A stretch of DNA of 64,000 nucleotides from a virus (Duplodnaviria; Caudoviricetes): positions 4,686 through 68,685 of IMG/VR virus record IMGVR_UViG_3300047553_000177; one strand, 5' to 3'. Both the position numbers and the translations under genes were made by a program. Below the pieces are notes generated by a model. That model was not told the origin of the DNA. It saw nothing but the letters and a program-made list of their open reading frames with translations, and searched no databases. Numbering within the stretch: position 1 is the first letter of the stretch; the number at the start of each line of letters is the position of its first letter. Shown here piece by piece: positions 47,270 to 56,334 of the stretch.

Positions 47270-48280
47270 ATGGCACCTCAAAACCTAAACCAAGTATTTG
47301 TAGCTAACAATGCTACATTACTAGACGATGCTCAAGCATTTAACACAACTGCTGCCGCATCTGCATCTAAAATTGGAGTATGGAATCTAGATGCAGCTAC
47401 TCCTGCATTTATCGATATTGCATCTCCAGTTGATATCGCAAGCTTAAAAAGAATTCAGCTTGTACAGGCTATGCCTTCTGGTAATCCTATTGCATCTCCT
47501 ATCATTGATGTAAAAGATATCAAAAGAATTAAGTATACTCAGTATGTTGCTTCACAACGTCATACTGTGGCTGCTACTTTTTCAGCTGCTGTACCAACTG
47601 GTAATTCTTACTTAGTAAAAATTGCACTTCGTACTGCACCTACTGCTTATGCTAACTACACCAATAATGCAGCAGTAGATTTATCTGGAGCTGGTTATGA
47701 GTTCCCAATCTTAGGAAATTTCTCAGCTGGTCGTAATATCCTACAAGTTGTAGAAATTGCTGCTGGTACATCTGCTGCTAACTGTGGTATTGCTGTAACT
47801 AGTGCTATTACAAATAGCACTGCTCTAAGCAAGCTATTCACAGTATCTGATAACGGAGCTGGAGTTGTTACTATAGTAGCTCGTCATGCTGGAGTTGTAT
47901 TTGATGTAGTTGCTTTCAACTCTTCTACTGATGCTAGTGTGATTACTACTTCTACTACCGGATTTGACGCAGGTTGCGGTAACTACTGGCAAGCTTTGTC
48001 TGATGAGAAATCTCAACGTTCTCGTTATGGCAACTTCAACCGTATGTATTTCCCATTTGCATTCCCTGAGTTTGCAGTTAGTGGAACAGCTTACGATGTT
48101 GTTGAGATTCAGTATGCTCACTCTCACGCTGCTGATACTGGTATTGCTCGTGCTGCAGAATTAAATACTGTTAAAATCTACTTTGTAGATACTGCTGCTG
48201 GTAGCACAGTTGCTGATACAGTATTCCTTGGAGCAGATGCAGCTAACTGGGGAAGTACTAACACTGAAAGATTGTTCTAA
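47270..48280 (+). CDS. auxiliary capsid (decoration) protein
   Basis: Ala/Thr-rich, high-expression codons, followed by a terminator, syntenic with the crAss auxiliary capsid gene. Confidence 0.55.
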   Translation: MAPQNLNQVFVANNATLLDDAQAFNTTAAASASKIGVWNLDAATPAFIDIASPVDIASLKRIQLVQAMPSGNPIASPIIDVKDIKRIKYTQYVASQRHTVAATFSAAVPTGNSYLVKIALRTAPTAYANYTNNAAVDLSGAGYEFPILGNFSAGRNILQVVEIAAGTSAANCGIAVTSAITNSTALSKLFTVSDNGAGVVTIVARHAGVVFDVVAFNSSTDASVITTSTTGFDAGCGNYWQALSDEKSQRSRYGNFNRMYFPFAFPEFAVSGTAYDVVEIQYAHSHAADTGIARAAELNTVKIYFVDTAAGSTVADTVFLGADAANWGSTNTERLF

Positions 48281-48295
48281 TCTTAAATTAATTTT

Positions 48296-48326
48296 AAAAG
48301 TAGGGGAGTCAAATCCCCTACTTTTT
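48296..48326 (+). terminator. intrinsic terminator
   Basis: AAAAGTAGGGGA-GTCAAA-TCCCCTACTTTTT. Confidence 0.85.
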
Positions 48327-48353
48327 AATATCTTTACAATCAATTAAGTAGAC

Positions 48354-48827
48354 ATGCCAGTATCAATAGGAACAATAACAATCTCACCAGATTGTAAATC
48401 TATATCAACAACATTTTCAGGATTAACTGGAAATATTGATGCAACTTATTACAACAATATGACAGAGACAGAAGTAACTGCTACTGTCACAAATGTAGGA
48501 GGAAGTGGGACATGGACCTTATCTTCTACTACAGCTGGGGAAACATTTAATGGTGTTATCACTATATCATATCCAGACGGGGATATAGAGAAATATGCTG
48601 TTGGAACTTGTGAATTAGATTGTTGTATTGCTGGACTAGTCACTTCTGCTATTAACTGTACTTGTGAATGTGATAAATGTGATGAGGATTTACGTACAGC
48701 TGAGAAGGTTAGATTACTTTCTCAATCTGCTATCTACAGTGCTGTTGAACTCAACCTCACTGATGCTATAAATAAGTATAACAAAGCTAAAGAATTTTGC
48801 ACAGCTTCATGTGCATGTGGATGCTAA
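48354..48827 (+). CDS. Cys-rich structural protein (tail hub-like)
   Basis: CELDCC, CTCECDKC, CTASCACGC. Position in the tail module. Confidence 0.5.
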   Translation: MPVSIGTITISPDCKSISTTFSGLTGNIDATYYNNMTETEVTATVTNVGGSGTWTLSSTTAGETFNGVITISYPDGDIEKYAVGTCELDCCIAGLVTSAINCTCECDKCDEDLRTAEKVRLLSQSAIYSAVELNLTDAINKYNKAKEFCTASCACGC

Positions 48828-49262
48828 ATGGGTTACGTTCCAAGTACAATAAATGGTCAAGACTTTGCAGAACTGGTATCAGATCTACAAGCTTGTATGG
48901 CATCTAAGGGCACTTCCTACTATAATAAAATATCAGGAGGTGTTAAATGCTCTAATCTAGAGCTATCTAAATTAGATTTAATAATCTATTTACTAAATAA
49001 ATACGATAACAGTAGTTCATTAGATTGTATATTCTCAGGTCAGACTATGCCTGGAGTAATATATAGCTCTACTCCTACTGCAACAGATACTACGACTTAC
49101 TTAAATGTCTTTGTAGATCATGCCTTAAGATTCTGCAAAGATTGCATTGTATCAGATCCTCCTGCAGCTGTTGTTCCTCCAGCAGCTACATATTACTTAT
49201 ATGCAGAGAATGGTACAACAGAAATTACTCTAGAATCAGGGGGACACATAAACTTACAATAA
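48828..49262 (+). CDS. structural protein (tail hub-like)
   Basis: 144 aa. C-terminal LYAENG..ITLESG motif found at fibre junctions. Confidence 0.5.
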   Translation: MGYVPSTINGQDFAELVSDLQACMASKGTSYYNKISGGVKCSNLELSKLDLIIYLLNKYDNSSSLDCIFSGQTMPGVIYSSTPTATDTTTYLNVFVDHALRFCKDCIVSDPPAAVVPPAATYYLYAENGTTEITLESGGHINLQ

Positions 49263-50441
49263 ATGGCAACTATTACTTCACTATCAACTTTAGCAAAAAC
49301 AAGTGTATCAGCAAATGACTATTTGTTAATTGCAAACTCATCTGTACCTACAAACTATAAGTTTTTAGCATCAGACTTTTTTCCGTCTATGTCTACTCTA
49401 GGTACTAGTAGTGAGGCTTTATTTGTAAGTGTGACTAATAAAAATACCTTAAACTTTAAAGGTATTAAATCTTTAAATTCACTCTTAACAGTTGCTACTG
49501 CAAGTAATAACATTACACTGCAGGTTAATGAATCTTTGATAAACTTAGCAAACTGTGATAATGCAACAGCAGGTTTCTTGTCTACAGTAGACTTAACTAC
49601 AGATGTTACAGGAACTCTACCAGTTGCTAACGGTGGTACAGGAGCTACAACTTTAACTTCTAATAGTGTTGTATTAGGGAATGGAACATCGGCTTTAACA
49701 GCTTTAGGTGTTGCATCTGATGGACAATTAATAATTGGAAGAACTGGTCTTAGTCCAGTATTAGCTACTTTAACTGCAGGTACTAACGTAACTGTTACAA
49801 ACGGTGCAGGATCTATTTCAATAGCTGCAAACCTATCAACATTAGCTGCAAACTTAAATGCCGCTACTTACAATATATATGGATTTACATGGGTAAGTGG
49901 TGACGGTGCTAATGAAGGTATGGCAATTAATTCTGCAGGTAAAGTATTCGTAGGTAGCACTACACCAACAGCATTCTATACCTATGACTTTAACGTAAAC
50001 CAAAGTATAGCTCTTAACGGTGCATTGGCACAGAGAATTGAGTTAACTTCAACATCAACACCAGGTTCTTTAGCTATAGCAGCATCAACTGCTTCTGTAT
50101 CTAACGTAAATGGTGGTGCAACAGTCCTTGCAGGGGGTGGAGCATCAGGTACTGGTAATGGTGGTACTGTTTCTATTGAAGCAGGGGTAAGTTCTGGATC
50201 AGGTAACGGAGGTAATGTTACTTTACAACCAGGAAGCAGTTCATCTGGTACTGGTGGAAAGACTAATGTAAATGCTACAGGAACTGCAGGACCATTAGTT
50301 AACTTTGTAGGTACGTCAGGAGCTGCATCAGCTAACTCTGTATCTAGTTCAACTGCATCAGCTGCAGCTAAAACTGGAGCAATTAGAATTCAGATTAATG
50401 GAGTAGATGCTTGGATTAGAGTGTATGCTTCAGGAGAGTAA
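49263..50441 (+). CDS. tail fibre protein
   Basis: VTGTLPVANGGTGAT repeat, Gly-rich GNGG repeats, IRIQING C-terminus. Confidence 0.7.
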   Translation: MATITSLSTLAKTSVSANDYLLIANSSVPTNYKFLASDFFPSMSTLGTSSEALFVSVTNKNTLNFKGIKSLNSLLTVATASNNITLQVNESLINLANCDNATAGFLSTVDLTTDVTGTLPVANGGTGATTLTSNSVVLGNGTSALTALGVASDGQLIIGRTGLSPVLATLTAGTNVTVTNGAGSISIAANLSTLAANLNAATYNIYGFTWVSGDGANEGMAINSAGKVFVGSTTPTAFYTYDFNVNQSIALNGALAQRIELTSTSTPGSLAIAASTASVSNVNGGATVLAGGGASGTGNGGTVSIEAGVSSGSGNGGNVTLQPGSSSSGTGGKTNVNATGTAGPLVNFVGTSGAASANSVSSSTASAAAKTGAIRIQINGVDAWIRVYASGE

Positions 50442-50460
50442 AACCAAAAAACAAATATAT

Positions 50461-50892
50461 ATGTTAAACCAAACAGAAAAGTACGGAGTAAATGTAACTG
50501 CAACTAACAGAGAGTTCTTAGGGATGTTCAAAGTATTTGCAGAAACAAAAGATGCTAAAAACGTTAAGTTTGCAGTAATCAATGTAGTAAACAGTAAAGT
50601 ATTACAAGATCATTTAGCTAGTTTAGAGCAAATGGCTACTCCAACACAAGAATTTGTAGAGCTATCAATAAAAGCAAAAGGACTTATTGAGGCAGAAAAC
50701 GAAGAAGGCTTAAAGCAATTAGAACAGGAAAACCTAGAATTAGTAGAAGCTAGAAAAAAGCAACTACAAGACGTTCAAGAAAAATTAAATGAAGAAGCTA
50801 CTTTGGAACTTAAACTTCTAAATGAAAAAATTCTACCAGAAGATTTAAGTGCAGAACAGCTTGAACTTATATCAAAACTAATAAATTCATAA
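50461..50892 (+). CDS. hypothetical helical protein (possible fibre assembly chaperone)
   Basis: ATG at 50461, directly after the fibre gene. Confidence 0.55.
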   Translation: MLNQTEKYGVNVTATNREFLGMFKVFAETKDAKNVKFAVINVVNSKVLQDHLASLEQMATPTQEFVELSIKAKGLIEAENEEGLKQLEQENLELVEARKKQLQDVQEKLNEEATLELKLLNEKILPEDLSAEQLELISKLINS

Positions 50893-50896
50893 AACA

Positions 50897-51352
50897 ATGG
50901 GATACCAGACTAATGAAGAGATTATTTTAAGTAACATAAATGCCAGTATAGACCTTAGTAATCAAAAAGCTTTTAAAACATATTGGCTAACTAGTGATGG
51001 AGATATTCTTGCCAGTTACTCACCTTTAGAAGGCCGCTTATCTATACCATCAGCCTTAGATACTTATGGAATTTCTGCTGCATATGATACTATGATACTT
51101 GTTCAAAAAAGAACAGCTACTGCTGGAGCAACAGTTAGTAGAAATAGTGCAGATCAGATAAATAATATAGGGGTAGCTTTTGCAGATGTAATAACAGCAA
51201 TAGATGCTGCATACTCAACAACTATTGCAAGTTGGGCTCTTGAAATTGTAGATTTAAAAATAGACATGAGTACAATGTTCAATAGTTCTGGAGTTGCAGT
51301 AAGTGATATTACTATTGCTACAGCAACTGTAAATGTTTGGATAGCAGAATAA
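50897..51352 (+). CDS. hypothetical structural protein
   Basis: 151-aa ORF in the tail module. Confidence 0.55.
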   Translation: MGYQTNEEIILSNINASIDLSNQKAFKTYWLTSDGDILASYSPLEGRLSIPSALDTYGISAAYDTMILVQKRTATAGATVSRNSADQINNIGVAFADVITAIDAAYSTTIASWALEIVDLKIDMSTMFNSSGVAVSDITIATATVNVWIAE

Positions 51353-52530
51353 TGAAACTAAAAAAACTTATATCGATATTAGAGCAGAAGCCTGGATACT
51401 TAAAATCCGGGCCTGCTTCTTTATCTAAAAGGTTTAACGTATCATTAGAAACAGCTATAGCAGCAATCAGAGCAGTTAAAATAACTCTTAATAAAGTTGA
51501 TTTAACTAGAGCTCAAAGTCTAATTAAATTAGAACTCTCTAATGAAAACTCTAATACAATAACAGAGTTTGAAAACTATATCAAAAGTAATGGTATAGAT
51601 CCAGCTAATATCAATTCTGTTAAGTACTGGCAGAATATGAAGGGGGAGCAAAGGTTCTCTGTAGTAACTAAAAGTGAAAGAAATGCAGATGATATAAAGA
51701 AAGAGATTGAAGAGTTTGCATCAACTTATAGTCCAACTACATACTTAGGGATACATAGTTATCACAACAGTACTAAATCAAAATGGGGACATGTTGCTTA
51801 TGAAATATCACTTCCTGATATCCATTACGGGAAGTTGACAGAACTAAATGTAGAAGCAATGGAGACCCAATTCTTGGATACTATTCAAGATTTAATGGAT
51901 AAAGCTCAGGGATTAAACATACAGAAGATTGTATTACCAATTGGTAATGACGGTATGAACTCTGAAGGAATGAGAATGGCAACTACTAAAGGAACTCCAC
52001 AACAAGATGTATTACATTGGAGATCAACCTTTAGAGGTTACTGGCAGCTAATTGTTAAAGCTGTAGATTATTTAAAGCAGTATGCACCTGTACAAATCAT
52101 TGTTGTACCAGGGAATCATGATTTCGAGAGAATGTTCTATGCAGGAGATGTTCTTGCAGGATGGTATAGAAATGATGATAACGTCACTGTAGATAACACT
52201 CCTGCCTCACGTAAGTATTTTGAGTATGGTAAAAATATGATTTTATATACTCATGGAGATAAAGAAAAGTTTGCAGACCTACCACTAATAATGGCTACAG
52301 AACAGCCTGAAATGTTTGCTAGATGTTCTTATAGAGAAGCTCATGTTGGGCATTTCCATAAAGAACAAGTAAATGAATTTAGGGGAGTAAAAGTGAGAGT
52401 AGTACCATCAATATGTGCATCAGATGATTGGCATAAAATGATGGGATACGAATCTCTAAGATCAGCACAAGGATTTATTTATAACTACGACGAAGGATTA
52501 GATGGATATTTACAAAGTAACGTTAAATAA
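51352..52530 (+). CDS. calcineurin-like metallophosphoesterase
   Basis: DIHYG, GND, GNHD, THGD and GHFH motifs. Start probably at 51352 (TAATG). Confidence 0.85.
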   Translation: MKLKKLISILEQKPGYLKSGPASLSKRFNVSLETAIAAIRAVKITLNKVDLTRAQSLIKLELSNENSNTITEFENYIKSNGIDPANINSVKYWQNMKGEQRFSVVTKSERNADDIKKEIEEFASTYSPTTYLGIHSYHNSTKSKWGHVAYEISLPDIHYGKLTELNVEAMETQFLDTIQDLMDKAQGLNIQKIVLPIGNDGMNSEGMRMATTKGTPQQDVLHWRSTFRGYWQLIVKAVDYLKQYAPVQIIVVPGNHDFERMFYAGDVLAGWYRNDDNVTVDNTPASRKYFEYGKNMILYTHGDKEKFADLPLIMATEQPEMFARCSYREAHVGHFHKEQVNEFRGVKVRVVPSICASDDWHKMMGYESLRSAQGFIYNYDEGLDGYLQSNVK

Positions 52531-52532
52531 AG

Positions 52533-53246
52533 ATGACTTTAGACGAAATTGCATACAACCTGCTTAACTCTTTTAGAGGTGGTAGAAGTTCTCAAGATGA
52601 GAATATATCTATCGACCAAATAAAATTTAATATTAAGCACTATCGTGCTGTATTCATACGTCGTGACTATGCACGTAATGGATTGGTTACTAGACACTTA
52701 GAACAAGATTTAAGATGTGTAGAACTTGAGCAAGTTGATTTATCAAAATGTTGTAACATAAATATAGAATGTCCTGCATATCGTAGTGTAAATAAAATTC
52801 CAAGAACTGTAAGATTTAACTTTGAAGAAGCTATTACATATGTAGGGGATGTAACAGGTATTGGAAGATATCAGATGATTAAGCCTTATGAAGTAGCTTA
52901 TATCGGATATGACAAGCACACTAAAAATAATCCTAAAGCTTATATGATTGAGGATTATCTTTATATCTTAAACCCTAAAGGAGCTAAGTATGTTAATCTC
53001 AGAGGTATTTTTGAAAATCCTGAGGACGTTTCTAATTTTACTGATTGTAACGGTAATGCTTGTTATACAGACAATACCGACTTTCCTATGCCTATGGATA
53101 TGGTTCAAGCTATTACACAAGGTATGATGGCTGGAGAATTAAGACTATTAGCTGGAACATTCTCAGATACATCTGCAGATAGATCTCAAGATTTAGGGGG
53201 AGCAGTACCACAAATTCAACAACAACAGCAGAATCAAGGAGAATAA
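52533..53246 (+). CDS. tail ring protein
   Basis: MTLDEIAYNLL...YLYI...RGIFENP...FPMP, syntenic with crAss ring protein 2. Confidence 0.65.
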   Translation: MTLDEIAYNLLNSFRGGRSSQDENISIDQIKFNIKHYRAVFIRRDYARNGLVTRHLEQDLRCVELEQVDLSKCCNINIECPAYRSVNKIPRTVRFNFEEAITYVGDVTGIGRYQMIKPYEVAYIGYDKHTKNNPKAYMIEDYLYILNPKGAKYVNLRGIFENPEDVSNFTDCNGNACYTDNTDFPMPMDMVQAITQGMMAGELRLLAGTFSDTSADRSQDLGGAVPQIQQQQQNQGE

Positions 53247-53251
53247 TTTAG

Positions 53252-53259
53252 TACATTTG
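53252..53259 (+). promoter_or_regulatory. TAnnTTTG -7 promoter element
   Basis: TACATTTG, 4 nt before the ATG at 53264. Confidence 0.65.
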
Positions 53260-53263
53260 TAAC

Positions 53264-53527
53264 ATGGCAGCTTGGCAAAATAAAGCAGGTAAAAATCCCA
53301 AAGGAGGATTAAACGAAAAAGGTAGAAAATCTTACGAAAGAGAGAACCCTGGCTCTAACCTAAAAGCCCCTCAACCTAAAGGTGGTAAAAGGAGAAACTC
53401 ATTCTGCTCTAGAATGTGTGGAATGAAACGTCGTCTTACTTCTGCAAAGACTGCTAATGATCCTCAATCAAGAATTAATAAATCACTAAGAATCTGGAAC
53501 TGTGGCAGTTGTAGCAACTGGTCTTAA
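53264..53527 (+). CDS. small basic phage protein (DUF6321-like)
   Basis: GKNPKGGLNEKGR...RRNSFCSRM...SRINKSLRIWNC. Confidence 0.7.
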   Translation: MAAWQNKAGKNPKGGLNEKGRKSYERENPGSNLKAPQPKGGKRRNSFCSRMCGMKRRLTSAKTANDPQSRINKSLRIWNCGSCSNWS

Positions 53528-53538
53528 CTTTTAATCAA

Positions 53539-53766
53539 ATGACAAACTTTAATTTAGATACACACAAATTGACTGAATACGGAGAATGGATAGGACTTAA
53601 TGTAATCTGGGGAACTTTCTCCTGGGCTATGTTAACCAATAGTATCAGTTGGATTATAGGAATAGTAGGTGGAGGAACCCTTATATGGTTCAATATAGAA
53701 AGAGCTTTAAAAGCTAGAAAAGAACGTCAAATGCTTAATACTTTGAAAGATGAAGAAAATGATTAA
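53539..53766 (+). CDS. small membrane protein (holin-like)
   Basis: Hydrophobic core and charged C-terminus. Confidence 0.5.
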   Translation: MTNFNLDTHKLTEYGEWIGLNVIWGTFSWAMLTNSISWIIGIVGGGTLIWFNIERALKARKERQMLNTLKDEEND

Positions 53767-54925
53767 AAGAAAAGATGGGTCATACTCTCAAAGAGGACTT
53801 TGGGATAATATTCGTGCCAATAAAGGGTCTGGTAAAAAACCTACTAAAGATATGCTTAAGCAAGAATCTAAAATTAAAAAAGAAGAAAACATGAACTCAA
53901 TGTATAAAAAAGGAGGCAAGAAGACCTCTAAGAAAAAAGTGATGAAAGAAGCCAAAATGGAAGGTGAATCTTTTATCCAAGAAAACAAAGAACTATCTTT
54001 CGGAGCACCACAAATGAGAAAAGGTGGGATGAAAAAGTATGAAAATGGTGGCCCAATAGTAACTAAAGGTTTATTCAGAGATTCTGTAAGCACAAAAGTT
54101 GGAGATGATTCTAACTATTCTTATAATACTACGGTTACAGATAAAAAAGGTAGAACTAGAAAAGTAATTGAAGGTAACTACATGTCTGATAGTACAGGTG
54201 ATTTAGATTCTGGAACTGTTTCAAAATACAACAGAAGAGGAGAACTAAAAAGTAGTAAGCCTTATGGAGAAATGTACAGCAATGAAAGAAGTGGTCCAGT
54301 AGAAAAGAAAGGAACTACTCAATCTTCTATGAAGAAAAAGAAGGGTGGATTCGATCTTAACAATGATGGAAAAACTACTTTCAAAGATGTTCTTATCGGT
54401 CGTGGTGTAATAGATAAAAAGAAGAAAGGAGGTTTAAAGAAATATGAAGACGGTGGAAGTACTACCCGTAAGAATATTTTAGGTCAAACTATTAAAGAAA
54501 CTTATAGTGAATCAGGTGCTCCGTCTTTTGATGAAAACCGTAGATTAGGCAGTTCTAAGTATACTAAAGAAGTATATAGAAGAGATGGATCACTTGCTAA
54601 AGTTAGAGAAAGTGATAGTGCCAACAAACTATTTGGATTTGATAATGTTAACAAAGTGACTAAGTATGATAGAGAAGGTAATGTTAAAAGTTTTAAAGGA
54701 AGTTCTAGTAAAGATGTACCTTATAAAAAAGGTGGAGCCAAATCAATGGAGCCAGGTGGTGGTGGAAGATTTGCTAAGATGGTTTCAGGATTGAAGAAAG
54801 AAGGAAAGTCTGAAGATTCTGCTAAAGCTATTGCTGCTAGTGTAGGTCGTAAGAAATACGGTAAATCACGTTTTCAAGAAATGGCTGCTGCAGGTAAGAA
54901 AAGGATGGGTGGTAAAAAGTGTTGA
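53750..54925 (+). CDS. Lys-rich modular protein punctuated by KKGG motifs
   Basis: RGLWDNIRA module, an internally duplicated beta module, DLNNDGKTTFKD EF-hand-like module, many (K/R)xxGG motifs. Confidence 0.6.
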   Translation: MKKMIKRKDGSYSQRGLWDNIRANKGSGKKPTKDMLKQESKIKKEENMNSMYKKGGKKTSKKKVMKEAKMEGESFIQENKELSFGAPQMRKGGMKKYENGGPIVTKGLFRDSVSTKVGDDSNYSYNTTVTDKKGRTRKVIEGNYMSDSTGDLDSGTVSKYNRRGELKSSKPYGEMYSNERSGPVEKKGTTQSSMKKKKGGFDLNNDGKTTFKDVLIGRGVIDKKKKGGLKKYEDGGSTTRKNILGQTIKETYSESGAPSFDENRRLGSSKYTKEVYRRDGSLAKVRESDSANKLFGFDNVNKVTKYDREGNVKSFKGSSSKDVPYKKGGAKSMEPGGGGRFAKMVSGLKKEGKSEDSAKAIAASVGRKKYGKSRFQEMAAAGKKRMGGKKC

Positions 54926-54930
54926 TTAGA

Positions 54931-55434
54931 ATGCAAACCAAATCACACACGTTAAGAACTATACATAAAGATTATAATGAGAAAGCAGAGGAACAAATAA
55001 GTTTCAAAACTTTCTACGACATTTGTTCCGAGTTTAACCTTGGCATTATTGATACTATACTTGACGGTTATGAGTTCAATATGCAAAATAACCTCGGAAC
55101 TTTGTCAATTAGAAAAGTGGATCGAGACCCAAGAAACAAATCAGTAGATTGGGCTGAGACCAACCGATATAAAAAGGAGCTAATTGACAAAGGTGTTAAG
55201 CTTTATGACTCTTTAACAGGAGAAGGAGAGAAGTGGCAGATTTACTATACTGACAAGTATTACTGTAAATACCACTGGGCAAAGTATAAATGCTTGCTTA
55301 AAAACAAGTCAGCATATAGATTTGATCCAACTCGTGGACTTAAAGGGAATAAAGAAAAATTAACAGCATTGTTGAAATCTGATGATATAGCTTATTTAAA
55401 ATTTAAGAAAAGAACACCTAAGTATAGATCATGA
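54931..55434 (+). CDS. IHF/HU-like protein (crAss-type)
   Basis: FNLGIIDTILDGYEFNMQNNLGTLSIRK...VDWAET, located before ring protein 1. Confidence 0.65.
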   Translation: MQTKSHTLRTIHKDYNEKAEEQISFKTFYDICSEFNLGIIDTILDGYEFNMQNNLGTLSIRKVDRDPRNKSVDWAETNRYKKELIDKGVKLYDSLTGEGEKWQIYYTDKYYCKYHWAKYKCLLKNKSAYRFDPTRGLKGNKEKLTALLKSDDIAYLKFKKRTPKYRS

Positions 55435-56324
55435 TACAGAAAACAATATCTAGTAAAGCAATCGTAAGAAAGGTTATGAGGGACTTAAAACCTCCTGGAG
55501 ATAACTGGCTTGATGATTCAATTGAGTGGATTGGAGAAGCTTTAGAACATATCGGGGCAGCCCCACAATTGCTTACAAAAGGATGTGTTTTAACAATAGC
55601 TAACTTTAAGGCATTAATGCCTACTGACTTATATTACATAAATCAGATAGCTATTAATAATGCTGTAACTCCTGAGATATCCACAGAATTCACAGCTATA
55701 TCTGAAAAGATAGATGAGCTAAATGCACTTATTGTAGCTAATCCAAATGATGCAATAGGATATAATTATGAGTTAAGACAGCTAAATGCAAGAATGGCTG
55801 TTCTTGAAAATCTATACTTAAACTCTAGCCAACCACTAACTCCATTACAATATGGTACAAGTACATTCCCTGCACATATCCACTGTGAAGAATGTGTAAA
55901 TCAATTTGCTAAGGCTAAAGAAACTTACACTGTAGATGGGGATTATATCAAAACATCATTTCAAGATGGGCAGATTTGTTTGAGCTATACAGCATTTCCA
56001 GTAGATGAAGATTGTTATCCAATGGTTCCAGACGATATTAGCTATAAAGAAGCTATGTTCTGGTATATATACAAACAAATGCTATTAGGGGGATATACCC
56101 CATCTATGAATGGAATTGATTACAATTTTGCAGATGCTAAATGGAAATTCTATTGCACTCAAGCTCGTAATCAAGCTAACTTCCCAAGTATTGATAAGTA
56201 TGAATCGTTTATGAATCAATGGGTTAGACTTATCCCTAACTTAAATAGACATGCAAACTTCTTTGAAAACTTAGGGACAAGAGAAGAATTAAACAGAGGA
56301 TCATACGGTAGAGGATACTATTAA
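55431..56324 (+). CDS. tail tubular / ring protein 1 (P22 gp4-like position)
   Basis: IEWIGEALEHIG, YIKTSF, PVDEDCYPMVPD, directly before the muzzle gene. Confidence 0.7.
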   Translation: MIQKTISSKAIVRKVMRDLKPPGDNWLDDSIEWIGEALEHIGAAPQLLTKGCVLTIANFKALMPTDLYYINQIAINNAVTPEISTEFTAISEKIDELNALIVANPNDAIGYNYELRQLNARMAVLENLYLNSSQPLTPLQYGTSTFPAHIHCEECVNQFAKAKETYTVDGDYIKTSFQDGQICLSYTAFPVDEDCYPMVPDDISYKEAMFWYIYKQMLLGGYTPSMNGIDYNFADAKWKFYCTQARNQANFPSIDKYESFMNQWVRLIPNLNRHANFFENLGTREELNRGSYGRGYY

Positions 56325-56334
56325 TAATTATTAG

